Shown: positions 1-8,138 of the stretch, in pieces
Layout: each line of letters opens with the position of its first letter
How positions within the stretch are numbered: position 1 is the stretch's first letter
Source: Flavitalea sp.
Lineage (GTDB): Bacteria > Bacteroidota > Bacteroidia > Chitinophagales > Chitinophagaceae
Assembly (NCBI GenBank): GCA_039934275.1
Contig: JBDTMM010000001.1
Span: 1-24,841, forward strand
DNA: 24,841 nt
Direction: 5' to 3'
Position numbers and translations under genes: made by a program
The notes under the pieces: generated by a model
Databases searched by the model: none
Seen by the model: the letters and a program-made list of their open reading frames with translations, nothing else
What the model was told of the DNA's origin: nothing

Positions 1-118
1 GTTTTGAGTTAAAAGGATATGGGCGATGCAGTTAAAGGATAGTGTTTTCGGTTAATGGTTGCCGTTAGGTTTTAATAATTATGGCATTGATTTTTAATTT
101 CTCAAACCTCACACTAGA

Positions 119-172
119 TATTTCTGTTAGGCGCTTTATATTTCTTCCTTCATGAATCGCTTTTTCAGTCTT
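119..172 (-). pseudogene. N-terminal remnant of an XRE/Cro-type HTH regulator
   Basis: Minus-strand reading KTEKAIHEGRNIKRLTEI resembles the N-terminus I recall for Bacteroidota XRE regulators (..IHxGRNIKRFRE..). The frame drifts into AT-rich sequence and stops at 65-67. No in-frame ATG; the match is short. Confidence 0.45.
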
Positions 173-511
173 GCCATTGATTTAAGTACAGGAGAGTATG
201 TATGGACAGTTCCCGCAGGCAATGACGAAAAACTTCAGAAAAAAGGCGACCTTCCTACAGGTTCAAGTGGTTCTCCCGGACCGATAGTTACGGCAGGAGG
301 ATTGGTTTTTCTTGGAGGCTCAAGCGATAAAAAGCTATCGGCCTACGATAAAGACAGCGGAAAATTACTTTGGGAATATGCCTTGCCATCCTTTGCGTCT
401 TCGTCACCGTCTTCGTTTATGAGCAATGGAAAACAGTATATCGCTGTATCGGTTGGCGGCGACAAGGAATCATACGCCGGGCGCATAATGGTGTTTGCAT
501 TGCCAGATTAA
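173..511 (+). pseudogene. C-terminal remnant (~112 codons) of a PQQ-dependent quinoprotein glucose dehydrogenase-like enzyme
   Basis: AIDLSTGEYVW, GPIVTAGGLVF, GKLLWEYALP and NGKQYIAV..VFALP are the last PQQ beta-propeller blades of the GDH family. In-frame TAG at 128-130 upstream, so the large N-terminal part is absent. The ORF-track ATG at 152 lies outside the homologous part. Confidence 0.8.
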
Positions 512-528
512 ACGATTAAAATATAACG

Positions 529-1458
529 ATGAAAAATCAGCGCAACTATTTAACTTCGGCGTCCATTTTGTTTTCGTATTGGTGCGCTGTCATTCCGCTT
601 ACTTCCTGCGCCCAGGAACCCAAAGAGAAGGAATTATATAAGGCCTCTATTTTCACTCCGGTAAATAGTTTTTTAAGTGATGTGGAAGGTCCCGCGGTGG
701 ATAAAGAAGGTAATCTTTATGCGGTAAATTTCGAAAAGAAGGGAACAATTGGAAAAATTTCAGATTCGGGTACTACGGTTATTTATGTAACCTTGCCCGA
801 AGGAAGTGTTGGTAACGGGATAAGATTTGACAGTCATGGTAACATGTTCATTGCTGATTACACCGGTCACAATGTTATAAAAGTAGAACCAAAATCAAAA
901 GTGATTTCTGTTCTGGCACACGAACCGACAATGCATCAGCCCAATGACCTGGCAATTGACAGTAAGGATAGAATATATGCAAGTGACCCTGACTTCAAAA
1001 ACAATACAGGAAGAATCTGGAGAGTTGACCCAGATGGAAAAGTAACATTGCTCGACAGCACAAAAGACGGATCGGCAAATGGGCTTGAAGTTAGTCCTGA
1101 TGAAAAAATACTATATGTAAACGGTGGAAAAACTATTTGGGCGTATGATTTAAAAGACGGGAAGATCGGTAACCAGAGGGTATTAATAAAATTTTCTGAT
1201 TTTGGCGTGGATGGAATGCGATGTGACGTCAAAGGAAATATTTACATCGCAAGATTTGGAAAAGGGGTGGTGGCAAAAATATCTCCCCACGGGCAGATAT
1301 TAAAAGAAGTTGTTTTATCAGGAAAACAATCGACCAATGTTGCATTTGGTGGTACAGACGGGCGCACTGTTTTTGTAACGCTGATGGACAAGGGAAACCT
1401 TGAAACCTTCAGGGTTGATGAGCCGGGGCGTGAATGGGAAATGCAACATGGTAAATAA
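529..1458 (+). CDS. SMP-30/gluconolactonase family lactonase, predicted lipoprotein or exported
   Basis: EGPAVD, PNDLAIDSKDRIYASDP, ANGLEVSPDEKILYV and DGMRCDVKGNIY motifs; hydrophobic N-terminus ending LTSC (possible lipobox). Confidence 0.9.
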   Translation: MKNQRNYLTSASILFSYWCAVIPLTSCAQEPKEKELYKASIFTPVNSFLSDVEGPAVDKEGNLYAVNFEKKGTIGKISDSGTTVIYVTLPEGSVGNGIRFDSHGNMFIADYTGHNVIKVEPKSKVISVLAHEPTMHQPNDLAIDSKDRIYASDPDFKNNTGRIWRVDPDGKVTLLDSTKDGSANGLEVSPDEKILYVNGGKTIWAYDLKDGKIGNQRVLIKFSDFGVDGMRCDVKGNIYIARFGKGVVAKISPHGQILKEVVLSGKQSTNVAFGGTDGRTVFVTLMDKGNLETFRVDEPGREWEMQHGK

Positions 1459-1560
1459 TTCAATCAGCGTTTTATCGGGGTCCTGAATAGAAAAGAATTA
1501 CTTTCAGGGGCTATTTAATATATAGAAATCAGTTTTTTATTCATCATTAAAATAAAGTTT

Positions 1561-2040
1561 ATGCAACAACAACGCAGATCCGCTTTAAAGAAATTACTGG
1601 CATCCGTAGCAGGCCTTACTGGTTTTGGCGTAGCAGCTAAAGCAATGGGTGGCGCAACTTCTTCTTCACCAAAATTGGAAAAGGAAGTGCAGAGCATCGT
1701 TTACGACCAGGAAGTTCCTTTGTACTCAGGTTCTACGAAATTCAACGGGCTTATTTTCATATCTGGTAAAGGCGCACATTTTCCCGGGGATATCACTTCA
1801 CATACCGATCGCGTGTTAAAAGATTTGGAAGAAGAATTGAAAAAAGCAGGTTCCTCTATGGATAAGGTGCTGAAGGTAAATGTTTACCTGAATGACATCG
1901 CAGATTTCAAAGGAATGAACGAAGTGTACAAGGGAAAGTTCGGTAAAAATCCTCCGGTACGTACAACTGTTGCCGTTTCAAAAGGTGGTTTACCCGGAGA
2001 TTCACTTGTAGAAATCGATTGTATAGCAATGGCTAATTAG
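1561..2040 (+). CDS. RidA/YjgF/YER057c/UK114 family imine deaminase with twin-arginine (Tat) signal peptide
   Basis: LKVNVYL, PPVRTTV (conserved Arg) and LVEIDC motifs; N-terminus QQRRSALKKLLASVAGLTGFGVAAKA. Confidence 0.92.
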   Translation: MQQQRRSALKKLLASVAGLTGFGVAAKAMGGATSSSPKLEKEVQSIVYDQEVPLYSGSTKFNGLIFISGKGAHFPGDITSHTDRVLKDLEEELKKAGSSMDKVLKVNVYLNDIADFKGMNEVYKGKFGKNPPVRTTVAVSKGGLPGDSLVEIDCIAMAN

Positions 2041-2086
2041 TCGCTGCACGGTATCATAATCCTATCATTCATCAAACAACTCATCA

Positions 2087-3301
2087 ATGAAACGCAGAGA
2101 CATTTTAAAAGGATTTTCCCTTTTACCGATTAGCGGGGTCATTGGCGGTAGTGTTCTTCCATTAACATCGAAGGCATCTCCATCACCAAAGCTTACACGC
2201 AACGTCTTCAAGGAACTGGGCGTCCGTACATTTATTAATGCGGCGGGTACCTACACTTTTATGACGGGTTGTTTGATGCATGATTATGTTCTGGATACCA
2301 TCAAAGAAACCGCTACCGAATTTTGCATGCTTGACGACCTACAGGATAAGGTGGGGGAAAAAATCGCTAAGATGACACATGCAGAAGCGGCAGTGGTTAC
2401 CTGCGGTGCATTCTCTGCCCTAACATTGGGAACGGCGGGTATTATGACCGGTACCGATGACAAAAAAGTAAGACAGCTACCTAATGTTGAAGGGACAGAT
2501 ATCAAAAATGAAGTAATTGTTCAGAAAGCACATGTCATTGATTACAACCATGCATTTACCAATACGGGTTGTAAAATTATCGTGGTGGAAACTGCCGAGG
2601 ACGTTGACAAAGCAGTGAACGATAAAACGGTAATGATGCACTTTCTCAATATCCAGGCAGATAAGGGCCAGATCAAGCACGAAGAATGGGTGGCGCTTGG
2701 AAAGAAACACAATATTCCTACCTCGATTGATATTGCAGCAGATGTACCTCCCGTATCGAATCTTTGGAAGTTTAACGATATGGGATTTGATTATGTTACC
2801 TTATCGGGCGGTAAGGCCCTTCGCGGACCGCAGAGTGCAGGAATACTGATGGGTAAAAAAGAAGTGATCGCCGGCGCAAGGATGCATATGTCTCCGCGCG
2901 GGGCGAATGTTGGACGTGGAATGAAAGTGAACAAAGAAGAGATCCTTGGTATGTACGTGGCGCTGGAACATTTTTTAAGCTACGACCACGACGCAGAATT
3001 CAAGAGATGGGAAAAGGGAATCGCATTAATTGAAGCCGCAGCAAAAAGCGTAAAGGGTGCAAAAACAAAAGTATACGTTCCCGAACTCGGTAATATTACT
3101 CCAACACTTGAACTTACATGGGACAAACCTGGATTAAAAGCAAAAGATATCCAGGAAAAACTGCGTAATGGAAGCCCATCCATTGAAGTAATCAGTAAAG
3201 ACGAAAACAGTATCACTATTACCGTTTGGGTGATGAAACCCGGCGATGAAAAGATCGTTGCCAAAAGATTGAAGGAGGACCTTACCACTCTGCTGGCCTA
3301 A
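2087..3301 (+). CDS. SelA-like / DgaE-like (D-glucosaminate ammonia-lyase-like) fold-type I PLP enzyme with Tat signal peptide
   Basis: INAAGTYT, DIAAD, SGGKALRGPQSAG (PLP lysine) and GRGMKVNKEEI motifs; MKRRDILKGFSLLP Tat motif. At ~400 aa it lacks the features of true SelA, and no selB/selC/selD is nearby. Confidence 0.88.
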   Translation: MKRRDILKGFSLLPISGVIGGSVLPLTSKASPSPKLTRNVFKELGVRTFINAAGTYTFMTGCLMHDYVLDTIKETATEFCMLDDLQDKVGEKIAKMTHAEAAVVTCGAFSALTLGTAGIMTGTDDKKVRQLPNVEGTDIKNEVIVQKAHVIDYNHAFTNTGCKIIVVETAEDVDKAVNDKTVMMHFLNIQADKGQIKHEEWVALGKKHNIPTSIDIAADVPPVSNLWKFNDMGFDYVTLSGGKALRGPQSAGILMGKKEVIAGARMHMSPRGANVGRGMKVNKEEILGMYVALEHFLSYDHDAEFKRWEKGIALIEAAAKSVKGAKTKVYVPELGNITPTLELTWDKPGLKAKDIQEKLRNGSPSIEVISKDENSITITVWVMKPGDEKIVAKRLKEDLTTLLA

Positions 3302-3370
3302 ACAATTTTGATGTTGTACTATATAATCAATCATTGACCCGGTTTCGGGGTCTGTAATAATTGTATTGAA

Positions 3371-5173
3371 GTGGCTGAACGATTGCTTTTTAAAAATCCC
3401 CTCGGAATTTTATTTTTTGGTATTGTTACTTTTATGATCGTGTTCGTAGCTTGTAAATCAAAACAGGCCGACAATACAGCAACCGGATGGACCGCGCCGG
3501 AAGAAGCGAAGCAACTGATCAACCCCTTGCAGAATCTGCAGGTGGCGCAGGAAAAGGGTAATGAACTTTATCAGAACTACTGTATGCTGTGCCACGGTGC
3601 CACCGGTTTAGGGGATGGTGCCGCAGGAAATGCAGGCGGGCAGAAACCCGCCAATTTCCACGACGACCGTTTTAATAAACAAAGCCAGGGAGAAATATTC
3701 TGGAAGATCACCAATGGAAAGGGAATTATGCCTTCGTTCAAAGCGGTATTAACCGAAGAGCAGCGTTGGCAACTGGTTTCCTACATCCGCATACTTGATA
3801 CCACCACAAACAACAGCGAGCGCCAGCCGCCAAAATCATTAAGACCCGATATCACCGTATCACATGTAATGAAAATAAGTCCGCTTGCTGTGCGCCTTCT
3901 GCAAAATCCGGTAAGCGGCGACCTGTACTATACCACCTTTGATGGCGATATATTCCATTTAAAAAATTACAACGGTGCAGAACCATCTTACGAAAAAATA
4001 TTAACCGTAAAAGAACACGGTATTTCCAGGGTGCAGGGTGCCATCTTTTTAAACAATACCCTTTTCCTCTGCGGCAATGTAGACACCGCTAATAAAACAA
4101 TTACGAGAGGAAGAATGGTGAGATACGCCATTGGCGGAAAAGATTCTTCCAAAATATCCGTAGTATTTAATACCTCTTCTTACGGATCCAATAAAACGAT
4201 CTACGATCACGGGTGGAACGCACTAGCGCTTAGCCCCGATGGCAAATACATTTTTGTAAACAGCGGCGCGCGTACTGATCATGGTGAGGTGCAGGATAAC
4301 GGCGGATTGTTTCCAAATGCAAGAGACAATGCATTTACCTCGAAGATATTCAGGTTCCCTGTTGACGCTACTGACCTGATGCTAACAGACAGCCTTGCAA
4401 GGTTAAAGGCCGATGGATATTTGTATGCCGAAGGTATTCGCAATGCGTATGATATGGCCTTTGATGCCGATGGTAATTTATTTGCAGTAGTAAACTCTTC
4501 GGATTACGATAGTCCTGAAGACATGTTCTGGATAAGGCAGGGACATCATTATGGATTTCCCTGGGTGCTGGGGGGAATTGAAAATCCGCAACAATACGCC
4601 GACTGGGTTCCCGATCCTGAAACCGATAAATTCATTAATAAATTTTCTCATTCCTGGGAGGTAAAATACTTCCATACCGATCTAACATTCCCAAGGATAC
4701 CGGCAGGGGTTAAATTCTCTGCCGGCGTTCAGAATATGGGCCCCGATGCAAACGAGTACCGCGGTCATTCCGGGCACATACAGGATGGTGATACCACAGG
4801 TGTTGCGGTAAGTACATTCACTCCGCATTGTTCGCCACTGGGATTATTCTTTGATATTAGCCACACTTTACCCGGCGACCTTAAGGGTACTGGCTTCGTG
4901 ATACGTTATAGCAACGGAATACACGGAGGAATGATGGGCGCTTTTACAAAACAAGGCTCAGACATGCTACATTTGGAAATGACCTATGATAAAATCCTGG
5001 ATAATTACAGCATGAGAACGACAAGGATCGTTGACGGCTTTGTTGAGCCATCCGATGCTGTGCTAATCGGTAACAACGCTTATGTTATTGAATACGGCGG
5101 TACTGGTGGTAATATCTGGAAGGTCAGTTTTCCAAAAGAAGTGAAAGAGCCGAAGTTTGAGAAAAAGAAATAA
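3371..5173 (+). CDS. Lipoprotein fusing a c-type cytochrome domain to a glucose/sorbosone (PQQ) dehydrogenase-like beta-propeller
   Basis: GTG start, lipobox FVAC, CMLCH heme motif and GKGIMP axial Met; then GIRNAYDMAFD, GHHYGFPW and PHCSPLGLFF GSDH-type motifs. Confidence 0.82.
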   Translation: MAERLLFKNPLGILFFGIVTFMIVFVACKSKQADNTATGWTAPEEAKQLINPLQNLQVAQEKGNELYQNYCMLCHGATGLGDGAAGNAGGQKPANFHDDRFNKQSQGEIFWKITNGKGIMPSFKAVLTEEQRWQLVSYIRILDTTTNNSERQPPKSLRPDITVSHVMKISPLAVRLLQNPVSGDLYYTTFDGDIFHLKNYNGAEPSYEKILTVKEHGISRVQGAIFLNNTLFLCGNVDTANKTITRGRMVRYAIGGKDSSKISVVFNTSSYGSNKTIYDHGWNALALSPDGKYIFVNSGARTDHGEVQDNGGLFPNARDNAFTSKIFRFPVDATDLMLTDSLARLKADGYLYAEGIRNAYDMAFDADGNLFAVVNSSDYDSPEDMFWIRQGHHYGFPWVLGGIENPQQYADWVPDPETDKFINKFSHSWEVKYFHTDLTFPRIPAGVKFSAGVQNMGPDANEYRGHSGHIQDGDTTGVAVSTFTPHCSPLGLFFDISHTLPGDLKGTGFVIRYSNGIHGGMMGAFTKQGSDMLHLEMTYDKILDNYSMRTTRIVDGFVEPSDAVLIGNNAYVIEYGGTGGNIWKVSFPKEVKEPKFEKKK

Positions 5174-5190
5174 CACTTTAAAAAAGGATA

Positions 5191-6465
5191 ATGAAATTAT
5201 TATTCGTGTTCATGGTTTCCCTGTTGTGCACCCGTATGGTAAATGCACAAACATATTCCATCGTTATTAAAGACGGCAACGTTATTGACCCGAAAAATAA
5301 TATTGTCGACGTGATGGATGTAGCTATCAATGATGGTAAAATTGTAAAGGTTGCAAAAAACATAGACGCCAAAGGTGCAGCGCAGGTAATAGATGCAAAA
5401 GGTTTGTATGTTACACCAGGGTTAATCGATATACATACACATGATTTTTTTGGAACCGAACCCGATCACTACCTCAGCAATGGTTTGGTGGCTGTAATGC
5501 CCGATGGATTTACCTTCCGTGTGGGTGTAACCACGGTTGTAGATGCGGGTGGATCAGGATGGAAAAGCTTTGCATTATTTAAAAAGAACATCATCAACAA
5601 TTCTCAAACGAGGGTATTGGCGATGCTGAATGTTGTGGGAGAAGGAATGCGCGGCGGAATGTACGAACAGAATACAAAAGACATGAACCCCAAAATGATC
5701 GCTATGGTTGCGAAAGCAAATCGTGATGTCATTGTTGGGATAAAAGTGGCGCATTTTGAAGGACATGAGTGGACGGCGGTTGACAGCGCAGTAGTAGCGG
5801 GCAACATGGCAAACATCCCGGTGATGGTTGATTTTGGTAGCGCAAACGCTCCATTGCCTATCGAAGAATTATTTATGAAACATTTGCGTCCGGGTGATAT
5901 TTTTACACATTGCTACGGAAACCTAAAGGGCCGCGAAGCGATAGTTGATGAAACAACCAATACGGTAAAACCATTTGTATTCGAAGCAAGAAAAAGGGGA
6001 TTGTTTTTTGATGTGGGTTATGGTGGTATCAGCTTCAGGTTTTCCCAGGCTATACCGGCACTTAAACAAGGATTTATTCCTACCTCCATCAGTACCGACC
6101 TTCATGAAGAAAGTACAAACGGCGCCATGAAGGATCAGTTAACCTGTATGTCTAAGTTTCTTGCAATGGGTATGGACCTTCCTGCAGTAATAAAGGCGAG
6201 CACCATGAACCCTGCATTGGAAATAAAAAGAGAAGACCTTGGAAATTTATCTGTAGGTTCCGGGGCAGATGTTGCAATACTTAACCTAAGACATGGTAAA
6301 TTTGGATATTTCGATTACACTGGGTACAAGATCAGCTATGATAAAAAACTGGAATGTGAAATGACTATTAGGGCCGGAAGAATAGTATATGACGTAAATG
6401 GAATCGCTAACCCGGTTATGGTTCCGGGAAAACCAGCAAAAAATGAAAAACCATCGATACACTAA
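5191..6465 (+). CDS. Amidohydrolase/deacetylase-family metallohydrolase (dihydroorotase-like, EF_0837 type) with Sec signal peptide
   Basis: PGLIDIHTH, GVTTVVDAG, GIKVAH (carboxylated Lys), THCY and ISTDLH motifs; signal peptide ending VNA. Confidence 0.9.
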   Translation: MKLLFVFMVSLLCTRMVNAQTYSIVIKDGNVIDPKNNIVDVMDVAINDGKIVKVAKNIDAKGAAQVIDAKGLYVTPGLIDIHTHDFFGTEPDHYLSNGLVAVMPDGFTFRVGVTTVVDAGGSGWKSFALFKKNIINNSQTRVLAMLNVVGEGMRGGMYEQNTKDMNPKMIAMVAKANRDVIVGIKVAHFEGHEWTAVDSAVVAGNMANIPVMVDFGSANAPLPIEELFMKHLRPGDIFTHCYGNLKGREAIVDETTNTVKPFVFEARKRGLFFDVGYGGISFRFSQAIPALKQGFIPTSISTDLHEESTNGAMKDQLTCMSKFLAMGMDLPAVIKASTMNPALEIKREDLGNLSVGSGADVAILNLRHGKFGYFDYTGYKISYDKKLECEMTIRAGRIVYDVNGIANPVMVPGKPAKNEKPSIH

Positions 6466-6488
6466 GAAATTAAACAACGATAACGATT

Positions 6489-7634
6489 ATGCCTGTCAAT
6501 GAAAATTTAAAAAAGAATACGCTTTCAAAAGTATTGCTTGGGTTATCTGTTGCCTCGCTTGCAACGGCGCTGATTATGACCGCATTGGGATCGATACCAT
6601 TATCGGGTCCCTTTTACATTGCATTTTTTTTATTGCTTGCGATCGCGTTTCGCGGTTTCGATGCCGTAAAGGGATTTAGCTATACGGTCATCATTTTTGC
6701 AGCAGTTACAACTGCATTGTTTTACCCCAATTATTTTAAAGAAATCAATGGTGTAAAACTCACCATCCTTATTACTCCACTGATTCAGATAATTATGTTC
6801 GGGATGGGAACGTCCATGAGCTTTGAAGATTTTGTTGGAGTAGTGAAAATGCCAAAGGGTGTTTTAATTGGGGTGGGCAGCCACTTTTTAATTATGCCAC
6901 TTATAGGGTACACCCTCGCAAATTTGAGTGGCTTTCCTCCTGAAATAGCAGCAGGTATTATTCTGATAGGATGTTCGCCAAACGGTATGGCATCGAATGT
7001 AATTTCTTATCTGGCGAAAGCGAACCTTGCCCTTTCTGTAACCATTACAGCGATATCAACCATGCTCGCACCTTTTCTAACTCCATTGCTGATGAAATTG
7101 CTCGCGGGTGCATTCATCGAAATAAAGGTAATGGACATGATGTTCGAAATTTTTAAAATGGTGATCATACCCATTTTTGCGGGGCTCACCTTTAATAAAT
7201 TATTTCACGGAAAGGCTGCGTGGTTAGATAAAGCCATGCCTATCGTTTCTATGGCAAGTATTGCATTGATCATTGTGGTGATCACTGCTGCGGGCCGTGA
7301 CAGTTTATTAACTATCGGCCCTGCACTGGTCCTACTGGTACTGATTCATAATTTATCCGGTTACACACTCGGGTACTGGAGCGGAAGATTATTTAAGATG
7401 AGCGAACGCGATTGCCGAACCATTGCCATTGAAGTGGGTATGCAGAATGGCGGACTTGCTTCGGGCCTTGCAAAGGCAATGGGCAAAATTGCCACCGTTG
7501 GTTTGGCGCCTGCCATATTCGGACCGCTGATGAATGTTACCGGCTCCATCCTCGCAAGTTATTGGCACAGGAAACCACCGGCTGATGAAGAAAATGGTAG
7601 TAAATTAGTAATGCCCGTAGTAGTGGCAGATTAA
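6489..7634 (+). CDS. Bile acid:sodium symporter (BASS/SBF) family transporter
   Basis: IMFGMG, IMPLIGY, GCSPNGMASNV and IEVGMQNGGLA motifs; multiple hydrophobic helices. Confidence 0.92.
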   Translation: MPVNENLKKNTLSKVLLGLSVASLATALIMTALGSIPLSGPFYIAFFLLLAIAFRGFDAVKGFSYTVIIFAAVTTALFYPNYFKEINGVKLTILITPLIQIIMFGMGTSMSFEDFVGVVKMPKGVLIGVGSHFLIMPLIGYTLANLSGFPPEIAAGIILIGCSPNGMASNVISYLAKANLALSVTITAISTMLAPFLTPLLMKLLAGAFIEIKVMDMMFEIFKMVIIPIFAGLTFNKLFHGKAAWLDKAMPIVSMASIALIIVVITAAGRDSLLTIGPALVLLVLIHNLSGYTLGYWSGRLFKMSERDCRTIAIEVGMQNGGLASGLAKAMGKIATVGLAPAIFGPLMNVTGSILASYWHRKPPADEENGSKLVMPVVVAD

Positions 7635-7651
7635 AATATAAATTTATTTTT

Positions 7652-8086
7652 ATGAAGAAGATGTTTTTTTTATTAGCAGTATTGATAGTAACGATTAGCA
7701 GTGCGAATGCGCAGTCTAAAGATTCAGCAGCAGTAGCTGATCAGGTTGCGAAACTGAATGCCGGGATTTTAAAAGAAGATACGGCTGCATTAAAATTACT
7801 TACAGAAAAGAGCCTGAGCTTTGGTCATTCCAGTGGTAGAATAGAGAGCCAGCAGGTTTTCGTTTCCAACGTTTCACAGGGTGCGATCCATTTTAAGACA
7901 CTCGATATTACGGACCAAACGATCACTGTAAGCGGCGAAAATGCCATTGTTCGCAACAGCCTGCACGGTGACATTACCAATAACGGAGCCCCGGGTGAGA
8001 TCAATTTAAAAGTCCTGATGGTTTGGCACAAAGACAAAAAAGGAACCTGGAGGTTGCTCGCAAGACAGGGTTTTAAAACCACCTAG
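7652..8086 (+). CDS. Nuclear transport factor 2-like (DUF4440-type) exported protein
   Basis: Signal peptide ANA; L..LSFGHSSG.IE and LMVWHK..GTWRLLARQ NTF2-like pattern. Confidence 0.8.
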   Translation: MKKMFFLLAVLIVTISSANAQSKDSAAVADQVAKLNAGILKEDTAALKLLTEKSLSFGHSSGRIESQQVFVSNVSQGAIHFKTLDITDQTITVSGENAIVRNSLHGDITNNGAPGEINLKVLMVWHKDKKGTWRLLARQGFKTT

Positions 8087-8138
8087 TATTATCATAAAAG
8101 AAGGTTTAAAAAAAAATTAAATAAAATTTTTACGGGTT

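Noticed and set aside
152-511. 119-aa ORF as a complete standalone gene
   Set aside because: It covers only the last propeller blades of a much larger family, and its first seven codons are antisense to the XRE-like stump; treated as a remnant.
2087-3301. True selenocysteine synthase (selA)
   Set aside because: Tat signal, shorter length and no selB/selC/selD nearby; the context fits the DgaE-like branch.
5191-6465. Dihydroorotase (pyrC)
   Set aside because: Signal peptide and catabolic context; no pyr genes nearby.
8108-8116. Poly-A run upstream of the RraA-like gene as a phase-variation tract
   Set aside because: A-rich leaders are normal for Bacteroidota and the run is intergenic.
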